Notes: generated by a model not told the origin, from the sequence alone. DNA of 10,515 bases from Octopus sinensis (GCF_006345805.1 NW_021827408.1:1-10515), one strand, 5' to 3'. Positions 1 through 7,774 are shown, counted from the first letter of the stretch. Numbers and translations: made by a program.

Positions 1-400
1 TGTATATATGGAAAAGCAAAATTGCTTACTAACTGACCCAGCATGTTCCTTTGATTCCAGGATCGTGAAGAAAGAGGAAGAAAAACAAAAAAAAAAACAA
101 AATGCAATCGCTCAAATAGGAAGAATTTGGAGTATGAAAACTGTAAAGGTCGTGCCTATAAGGATTGGTTCGTTGAGAACAGTAAGCCAAATGGCTGAAG
201 GTGATTGAAATAGAATGCTCGGTAGGACTCCTACAGAAAGTTTGTGTCTTAGGGACTTCAAGGATTATCAGGAGGGTTCTAAGCACTTGAATGACAGCTG
301 AAAACTTGTGGATACCTAAAGTTACAGGTAGAAACCCGCTATCTACATAAATCCTACCAGGAATAAGACCGAACCTGAGTCAAATCAATAATAATAATAA
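1..400 (+). mobile_element. R4/Dong-clade non-LTR retrotransposon copy A: degenerate 3' end (RLE C-terminus, 3' UTR, (AAT)4 tail); runs off the left edge
   Basis: ORF 8-208 (EKQNCLLTDPACSFDSRIVKKEEEK...IGRIWSMKTVKVVPIRIGSLRTV) continues after a frameshift as KWLKVIEIECSVGLLQKVCVLGTSRIIRRVLST* (189-290). This matches the C-terminal restriction-like endonuclease pattern of R4-clade elements (IDxAxPxD...KY...RxW...VxPxxIGxLG...LQK..LLGTxRIxRxVL). A 3' UTR at 291-386 ends in (AAT)4 at 387-398. Confidence 0.85.
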
Positions 401-1297
401 AAGTGAGAAAAGGTTAAAGAGGAAAAGAACACAAAAAAGGTAACAGCATGGAAAGAGCAAAAAGAAACGTAGGTCAGTTTGTAAGAGATACGAACGCCAA
501 ATTAGATACAGAAGACCGGTTGCTATGGATGAGTGACCTGAAGATAGAGACTGAAGCACTTGTAAGTGCAGCACAAGAACAAACGTTAAGGACCAACTAT
601 GTGAAACGCAGAATAGACAACACTACCGATTGCGACAAATGCAGGATGTGTGGTGCGAAGAGTGAAACGGAATGGCATATCGTTAGCAAATGCCCGAAAT
701 TGGCACAACGCGAATACAAAAGACGACATGACGATGTGGCAAGGATAATCCACTAGGAGCTCTGTGGAAATCCCAGCCTACAAAGAGCAAAGGTGCAGTA
801 TGTGCAAATCCCAGAAGGAGTCAGCAGAATGAAGATTGCAAAATCCTGTGGGATGCAATGATTCAATGCAATCACCTGACCAGACATCGGAAATCGAACA
901 TTTTTGTGATGAATAACAAATAAAGAACATGCATGATAAATAACAACAGGATCAAAGAGAAAGAAGGAGAAAAGCTGAACAATTACGACGATTTGAAGTG
1001 GAAAATACGAAGGTTGTGATCAATGAGAAGATAAAACGTGGTTCCAATAGTAATTGACGCACTTGGAAGTATTAGCACTTAACTGCCAACATGGCTGAAA
1101 AAGATCGGTGCAAGTGTAAAGGTAGAACACCTACAAAAGTTAGCATTGCTTGGAACTTCAAGAATTCTTCACAGGGTTCTTGAAGCATGACCAGTAAACA
1201 AGTGTCACCTTAGTCTGCAGGCTGTGGACAGCTGACACTTTCCATCATACCCAGCAAAATAAGCTGAGAGTTTTCATCAAATAATAATAATAATAAT
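401..1297 (+). mobile_element. R4/Dong-clade non-LTR retrotransposon copy B: 5'-truncated and inactivated (CCHC knuckle, RLE, 3' UTR, (AAT)6 tail)
   Basis: ORF 448-756 contains DLKIETEALVSAAQEQTLRTN, the CCHC motif CRMCGAKSETEWHIVSKC and EYKRRHDDVARIIH. Broken frames continue with NEDCKILWDAMIQCNHLTRHRKSNI and VVPIVIDALGSIS...EHLQKLALLGTSRILHRVLEA* (stop 1188-1190). There are several in-frame stops, and the IDxxCPGD-type catalytic segment appears deleted near 935-945. Tail (AAT)6 at 1280-1297. The 3' UTR differs from that of copy A. Confidence 0.9.
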
Positions 1298-1505
1298 CGT
1301 TTCTACTGGAGGCAAAAGGCTTGAAATTTGTAGCGGGTGGGAAATTTGGGTGGGGAATAGTCGATTACCTCGGCACCTATATTTCGCTGGTACTTAATTT
1401 ATCGACCCTGAAAGGATGAAAGCAAAGTCAACCTCGACGTAGCGACGGGCGAAATACCGCTAAGCATTTCGTCCGGTGTGCTAACGATTCTTCCAGTTCA
1501 TCGTC
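1298..1505 (-). mobile_element. tRNA-derived SINE (family A head, monomeric, ATT-type tail), B-box deleted
   Basis: Minus strand reads GACGATGAACTGGAAGAATCGTTAGCACACCGGACGAAATGCTTAGCGGTATTTCG, homologous to the heads at 6834 and 10359. It carries the TTTCATCCTTTCAGGGTCGATAAATTAAGTACCAG module and ends GCCTCCAGTAGAAACG(ATT)n. It lacks 18 nt (TCTGAGTTCAAATTCCGC) at 1436/1437 relative to 6903-6920. Confidence 0.85.
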
Positions 1506-1507
1506 TT

Positions 1508-1511
1508 AATA

Positions 1512-1558
<47 letters not shown>

Positions 1559-1566
1559 AATGATGA

Positions 1567-1621
<55 letters not shown>
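1508..1621. repeat. Compound trinucleotide microsatellite (AAT)2(GAT)15...(AAT)17
   Basis: (GAT)15 at 1514-1558 and (AAT)17 at 1571-1621, read directly. Confidence 0.97.
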
Positions 1622-1720
1622 TTATTTGCCACAAGAACGCAAATGACGTGATGTTATATGGACAAGTCACAAAAGTTTAGGATTCATATAGAAATTGTGT
1701 AGAGAAAGAAAAACGAAATT

Positions 1721-1810
1721 ATGTATATATATATAGAGAGAGAGGGGAGAGAGAGATAGAGAAAGAGAAAGGGGGAGAGGGAGACGGAGGAAGAAAAAAG
1801 GAGAAAGAGA
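1721..1810. repeat. (TA)n followed by a degenerate (GA)n polypurine tract
   Basis: Read directly: tatatatatata gagagagagggg...gagaaagagag. Confidence 0.85.
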
Positions 1811-2357
1811 GTATTCCATTGTGTTCCAAGAGTCGGACTGTCTTCTTAGATCACTCAAGGAACCCCTCATACTCTGGCGCTTCCTCTAACTACTAAGTGT
1901 GGGCGTCCACTCCGATCTTCTTTTTTCGCCTCTTGTACCTCTAACAAATTTTCTAAAGGTAGTACCCCAATCTCCACCGTCACCTCCCTCTTCATTCCCG
2001 CCAGTCGCATCCACCGCAAAGCCTCTTCTAACGCTGCATTATTCATGGACTCGGCCAATAGCCAAATTAGCACTACAACAAAACACACAAACCAACAATA
2101 TTTAAATATTAAACGTGTGTATGCAGAGCATCTCTGTCGCTATGCGAGCATCTCATTTGCAAGAAATTCCCTGTCGGTAGATCTAGACCTGACAAGCCAT
2201 GATAACTATCAATAGTCCCTTGGGACAGAGGACCTAGCGGATATTCGTCAACGCGTGTTTGAATCGAACATCTCATTACAAAGGGGCTCCCAGTTCAAAC
2301 GTGATGATTCTTAACACTACCGCACCTATAACACTGACAAAAGAAATAGTCTATAAA

Positions 2358-2485
2358 TAGGAGTGGCTGTGTGGTAACTAGCTTGCTTACCAACCACTTG
2401 AGCAAGTGTCTTCGACTACAGTCTCGGGCCGACCAAAGCCTTGTGAGTGGATTTGATAGATGGAAACTGAAAGAAGCCCGTCGTA

Positions 2486-2557
<72 letters not shown>

Positions 2558-2805
2558 TGTATGTATGTATGTTAATGTATGTATGTGTGTGTATGTTTAT
2601 ATGTCTGTCTTTGTCTCCCCAACATCACTTGACAACCGATGCTGGTGTGTTTACGTCCCCGTAACTTAAGGGTTCGGCAAAAAAGACCGATAGAATAAGT
2701 ATTAGGCTTACAAAAAATAAGTTCTGGGGTCGATTTGCTCGACTAAAAGCGGTGCTCCAGCATGGCCACAGTCAAATGACTGAAACAAGTAAAAGAGTAA
2801 AAGAG
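2358..2805 (+). mobile_element. Composite SINE family B, copy 1 (tRNA-like head, CORE-like motif, internal microsatellite, stem-loop tail)
   Basis: A-box-like TGGCTGTGTGG at 2364-2374, then TTGAGCAAGTGTCTT (resembling the CORE motif CTTGGGCAAGTCACTT) and a body ending AAGAAGCCCGTCG at 2483. An internal TA/TATG/TG microsatellite (2484-2602) is followed by a CTGGGGTCGAT module and the tail GGTGCTCCAGCATGGCCACAGTCAAATGACTGAAACAA(GTAAAAGA)2. Colinear with the second copy at 9633-10515. Confidence 0.88.
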
Positions 2806-2929
2806 ACAACAGATAAGAAATGGCACACATGGTGTCTTCCAATTCGATTAAAAATTCATTGGTTCTCTGATGATTTCTGTTAAGACGAAACTAGTTGGTC
2901 ACTATGAGGAATTGTACCTTTAATTACAG

Positions 2930-2931
<2 letters not shown>

Positions 2932-3000
<69 letters not shown>
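2932..3000. repeat. Perfect (AT)34 microsatellite
   Basis: Read directly. Confidence 0.97.
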
Positions 3001-3003
<3 letters not shown>

Positions 3004-3422
3004 GCATGTATGTATACATATAATATTTAACATATATATTTCGTTGAAAAGCTATAAGCTGCAGTCTTTTGTCCAAGAAAAATACCCTTGTAAATGTATT
3101 GCGTTAAAAGCACAATATACTTCAAACAGGTTGGCAGATTCAATCCCGTTTCAAAAGTGACACGATTATGTCTCATTGACAAGTGGCAACAACGGCGAAA
3201 TACGTATCTGTCACCCACGTGGGGTGAGGGTGACAGTTTCCGGACGATTTCGTTTCGCCGAGCTCTGAAGCATATTGGATTGTAAAGCATTTAGTCTTTA
3301 AATGGATGTTCACGGACAAAATATTGCAGCTTCTGGCGTTTAAACAACACACATGCGTTAAGTATATTATATAGATAAAGGTTTTACTCTAGAGCTGTTT
3401 CTATTGCATAATTCGAAATATT

Positions 3423-3444
3423 TGTGTGTGTGTAAGTGTGTGTA

Positions 3445-3478
<34 letters not shown>

Positions 3479-3658
3479 TACATACACTGGCACAGACGCA
3501 TACATGCGCATGTACGCGTGAGAGAGAGAGAGAACGAGAAAACGTTTGAGTGAGTGTATGAGAGTTTATGTATGTGTATGTGCATGTATATGTGTGTGTG
3601 GATGTATATGTGTGTGAGTGAATGTACATGTGTTGTGTGTGTGTGTGTGTGTGTGTGT
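3423..3658. repeat. Compound TG/TA/GA/TATG microsatellite region
   Basis: Read directly. Includes a perfect 42-bp palindrome at 3441-3482. Confidence 0.9.
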
Positions 3659-3855
3659 CCGAGTGAGTTGCGTACATTTTTGAAAAAAAAATTACTGTTT
3701 TCGAGCGAGAGAATCTTTGAGCATTCGTTCTGGTTTCAGCCAGACAAATACAAAAGAAAAAGAAAACAGAAAAAGCAGAATTGAAAAAGGACCATTACTT
3801 AAGAATGTTGTTCTTGTTAATGTTTGGTTGGTTGATTCAATTATTCTTTCAATCA

Positions 3856-3956
3856 TACATACATATCTATATACATACCGATACCCACACACACACTCAT
3901 ACACATATATACATGTCCATACATACCTGTAGTTATGTTTATTTATATACTTATGC

Positions 3957-4007
<51 letters not shown>

Positions 4008-4013
4008 ATATAG

Positions 4014-4044
<31 letters not shown>

Positions 4045-4165
4045 TATATACATATATATATATATATGTGTGTGTGTGTAGATAGATAAATAGATAGATA
4101 GATACATACATACATACATACATACATACAATACATGTTTAAGTGTGTGTGTGTGCGTGTGTATT
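3856..4165. repeat. Compound CATA/CA/TA/TG/GATA microsatellite region
   Basis: Read directly. It explains several spurious YIYI/HTHT ORFs. Confidence 0.92.
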
Positions 4166-4871
4166 TCTTATCCATTTCCACCCAATTTAACTATTGAAGG
4201 AAAAGGCAAAAACAAAAAAGAAAAACGAAAACCAGCTAGAAGAAGAACCAAAGAAGAACCAAAGTAACAACGAACCAGAACTCAATTTGATATGCTTGGT
4301 TTCAATAAACAACATTCAGTTAATTTGCATAATCCAAACTAGCAAAATTCTTCCTCAAGTGAGTTAATTGTGCATGCATTGATCGTTTTCCTCCGCCCGC
4401 CCCTCATTCCAGCCCCTCTTTACAGCAATTCTCTCTTCGAATGCTTGCCACGTTAGATCTGAACAAAAACCTCGAAACCGTGATTTCAATTCAAACACGG
4501 AACACATCCATCATTTTTTTGTGCATTTTCTTTCTTTACTGTTTTGTATTGTTTTTTTTTATATAATTTCTTATTGTTTCTTTATTTTTCTTTCATTTAT
4601 TGCTTGATTATTTCTCCTTATTTTTCTTTTGATTTACTATTTTCATTAGCTTTTTTATTGTTATTGTAATTTTGATTTATATATTTATTTACTTGCTTAT
4701 GTATTCGTTTGGTGTTTGTGCTACTTAGCTAGTTTGTATTGCGATTATACAGCTATAGGTTATGTTAATTATAAATACACACACACACATCATTTGATTA
4801 TGTTTGCTGGTTTTTGTTTGAGGGCATGTATTATATATGGAGCGGAGGCTTGTATATTTATAGATATGTTT

Positions 4872-4877
4872 GTGTGC

Positions 4878-4936
<59 letters not shown>
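4872..4936. repeat. Short TG run followed by (TA)n microsatellite
   Basis: Read directly. Confidence 0.95.
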
Positions 4937-4937
<1 letters not shown>

Positions 4938-5001
4938 CTTTTACACGGTGGTAAAGATTTACAGTGAGTTCCAACTTCGCCTTCATTAGACGATCTGATC
5001 A

Positions 5002-5382
5002 GTGTGGAAGCACTCCGTCGGTTACGACGATGAGGGTTCCCATTGATCCGAATCAACGGAAAAGCCTGCTCGTGAAATTAACGTGTAAGTGGCTGAGCAC
5101 TCCACGGACACGTGCACCCATAACGTAGTTCTCGGGGATATTAAGCGTGACACAGAGAGTGACAAGGCCGGCCCCTTGAAATACAGGTACAACAGAAACA
5201 GGAAGTAAGAGTGAGAGAAAGTTGTGGTGAAAGAGTACAGTAGGGATCCCCTGCCGGAGCCTCGTGGAGCTTTTTAGGTGTTTTCGCTCAATAAACACTC
5301 ACAACGCCCGGTCTGGGAATCGAAACTGCGATCCTATGACCGCGAGTCCGCTGCCCTAACCACTGGGCCATTGCGCATCCAC
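5002..5382 (-). mobile_element. Full-length tRNA-derived SINE (family C) with a perfect 12-bp target-site duplication
   Basis: Minus strand starts GGATGCGCAATGGCCCAGTGGTTAGGGCAGCGGAC. A-box at 5360-5370, B-box-like GTTTCGATTCC at 5316-5326, and 3' end CGTCGTAACCGACGGAGTGCTTCCACAC. ACGATCTGATCA flanks both sides (4990-5001 and 5383-5394). Confidence 0.92.
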
Positions 5383-5456
5383 ACGATCTGATCAAAGCGT
5401 GCAGTCGTAAGTTCTAAGTTACAGTCAACGTTTAACATGTAAAAATTAATAAATAT

Positions 5457-5506
5457 CGGTGGTACTCCAATATAGCCGCAACTTTCGAGCTGAAACTAGT
5501 GAAATA
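5457..5506 (+). mobile_element. Isolated degenerate 3' tail fragment of the family-B SINE / CR1-L2-like LINE type
   Basis: CGGTGGTACTCCAATATAGCCGCAACTTTCGAGCTGAAACTAGTGAAATA aligns with GCGGTGCTCCAGCATGGCCACAGTCAAATGACTGAAACAAGTAAAAGA near 2748-2796. Confidence 0.6.
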
Positions 5507-5611
5507 CGTGAAAATAACTGATTAACTGTTCAGTTAGACGTTAAATTGTTTTTATATATCAATTATATATACATATGCATGTGTGTGTGTAGTTATGTTA
5601 TTTTGTGATTG

Positions 5612-5704
5612 GTACTGGGATCGATTCGTTCGTTTAAAAATTTTCAAGGATGTACCCCAGTATGGCCGCAGTTTAATGACTGAAACAAGTGAAAGATATA
5701 AGAG
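5612..5704 (+). mobile_element. 5'-truncated SINE 3' fragment (GGGxTCGAT module plus stem-loop tail)
   Basis: GGTACTGGGATCGATTCGTTCG...CCCCAGTATGGCCGCAGTTTAATGACTGAAACAAGTGAAAGATA is homologous to the region 2724-2796. Confidence 0.75.
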
Positions 5705-5892
5705 ATTTGTGTGATCATTATAACAGTTACAGTCGTGAAGTTTACAATCTTCACGTTTTTAACTGAGTTTATGGGTTTATAAGTGGCATAAGTAATTGCA
5801 TATTGTTGGGTTTACAAATTACGAAGAAAACACGAAAACATTTGATTAAAAAAATATGAACACAGAATACTGTCTTTTCTCTGAGACACCAA

Positions 5893-6206
5893 ATGGAAAG
5901 GAGAATGCAGAAGCTTAACAAAATGGTAAGTGGAGAAAGAACAGGATAAGAGCGGCAAAAGTTTTGACTGATATTACGTGGAAATAAAATCTATCAAATA
6001 GTCTTTTCGCGGGATTTATCTTTAGAAGAAAGGAGAATAGAGAGAATACTAAATTGACAGAGTAGACAGTTCAGAAACAAGAAGGATGGTAAGATCATGC
6101 AGATCTTGGAAGGAAAACTTTGTGAAATTCTTCGGCACTCCAATATGTTTAAGGAAAACCTCAGACCGTGATTGTTGGAAAGAACATATTAAGACAGGCA
6201 TTCGTG
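5893..6206 (+). mobile_element. Old, frameshifted RTE-clade LINE 3' fragment
   Basis: Broken frames give MERRM, RIRAAKVLTDI, K*SFAGFIFR (cf. KWxWAGHxxR), TE*T (cf. TEWxP) and TRRMVRSCRSWKENFVKFFGTPICLRKTSDRDCWK (cf. KRxxGRPxxRW...W...AxDRxxW). These occur in the order typical of RTE ORF C-termini. Confidence 0.65.
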
Positions 6207-6370
6207 TATATGTGTGTGTGTGTATGTGTATGTGTGTGTAATAGAAAAAACGGAAGAGCTCTTTAAATTTATTTCATTTCTACATTGAAAATCTTTACTA
6301 TTATAACTATTTTACTGCTTCGCCACAATGCCTCAAGTTCACTAGAAACGCTCCGAACGTTTCTCATACT

Positions 6371-6600
<230 letters not shown>

Positions 6601-6602
6601 AA

Positions 6603-7280
6603 GGCGCGTGGATCAGTGGTTAGAGCGTCGAGCTTACAATCACGAGGTTGTGTATTCGAATCCCGGACCGAGCTGCATGTTGTGTTCTTGAGCAAGACAC
6701 TTTATTTCATGTTGCCCCAGTTCACTCAGCTGTAGAAATGAGTTGCGACGTCACTGGTGCCAAGCTGTATCGACCTCTTTGCCTTTCCCTTGGATAACAC
6801 TGGTGGCGTGGAAAGGGGAGGCTGGTATGCATGGGCGGCGGGCTGGCAGAAATGTTAGCACGCCGGGCGAAATGCTTAGCCGTATTTCGTCTGCCATTAC
6901 GTTCTGAGTTCAAATTCCGCCGAGATCGACTTTGCCTTTCATCCTTTCGGGGTCGATAAATTTAGTACCAGTTACGCACTGGGGTCGATGTAATCGACTT
7001 AATCCGTTTGTCTGTCCTTGTTTGTCCCCTCTGTGTTTAGCCCTTTGTGGGTAGTAAAGAAATAGGTATTTCGTCTGCCGCTACGTTCTGAGTTCAAATT
7101 CCGCCGAGGTCGACTTTTCCTTTCGTCCTTTCGGGGTCGATTAAATAAGTACCAGTTACGCACTGGGGTCGATATAATCGACTTAATCCGTTTGTCTGTC
7201 CTTTTTTGTCCTCTCTGTGTTTAGCCCCTTGTGGGTAGTAAAGAAATAGGTATGCATGGGCGACTGCTGTTCTTCCATAT
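6603..7280 (+). mobile_element. tRNA-derived CORE-type SINE (family D), interrupted by a family A dimer and apparently 3'-truncated
   Basis: A-box TGGATCAGTGG at 6609-6619, B-box-like TATTCGAATCC at 6653-6663, and a CORE-like block TGTGTTCTTGAGCAAGACACTT...CTCAGCTGTAGAAATGAGT at 6681-6743. The sequence resumes after the insertion at 7263. Whether 7263-7280 is SINE or flank is inferred. Confidence 0.8.
6834..7248 (+). mobile_element. Dimeric family A SINE (head plus two 184-bp units) with a target-site duplication
   Basis: Head GGCGGCGGGCTGGCAGAAATGTTAGCACG, then units 6882-7065 and 7066-7249. Each unit has a B-box (GAGTTCAAATT), a GGGGTCGAT module and a tail ending GTAAAGAAATA. GGTATGCATGGGCG is duplicated at 6824-6837 and 7249-7262. 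Confidence 0.93.
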
Positions 7281-7774
7281 GTATGCTTGCATATATGTAT
7301 GTATGTTTGCATGTATGTGTGTATTATGGCTTAACGCACCGACGCACCGTTGTTTGAAGAAATATGTTTATGGAAATCATATAGAATATGCTTAATAAGC
7401 ATATATTTAGTCTGGCTGTGAATATATAATCTATGATTATATCACCGAATCGATAGCTGAGAGTAAAGAATCGATGGAGATGGTGTATCGATCGGTTCCT
7501 AACACTCATATATTGAAGTTACAGTCGTGTAATCGCAGATTGTGTTTTCACAGTGAAACTAAATATATGTTAATTTATAAACATATGTTTATTGATGTAT
7601 GTGTATGTGTTGAGAGCGTGTGTGTGAATAGAGACAGACATGCAGACAAACAGACAAGCTGGCACACAGAGAAACAGAAAGACTGACAAGCAAACAGACA
7701 GTCAGACAATCAGACTTGTTGAAACCGAAAACCTTCGGGAAACATTACTTCAAGTTTCACGTAATTGATCGGGT

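Noticed and set aside
2172-2194. Imperfect hairpin TGTCGGT...ACCTGACA
   Set aside because: Short and bulged, so within chance expectation.
3730-3742. 13-nt match CTGGTTTCAGCCA to the LINE tail near 8668
   Set aside because: The flanks do not align, and about one 13-mer match is expected by chance in a window of this size.
4500-4800. T-rich stretch giving hydrophobic peptide translations
   Set aside because: Low-complexity sequence with no coding or repeat-family signature.
2371-4937. Many ORFs rich in YI, VC, HT or LSIY repeats (also 6269-6735, 7710-8009, 9627-10132)
   Set aside because: They are translations of TA/TG/CA/GATA microsatellites, which lack stop codons in some frames.
6603-6670. 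tRNA-like sequences (also 5310-5380 and 6834-6920)
   Set aside because: A- and B-boxes are present, but they continue into SINE bodies and I cannot fold a complete cloverleaf, so they are SINE heads rather than tRNA genes.
6882-7249. Direct repeats as a possible CRISPR array or LTR pair
   Set aside because: Two adjacent 184-bp units with no spacers, no internal region and no TG...CA ends, in a eukaryotic SINE context.
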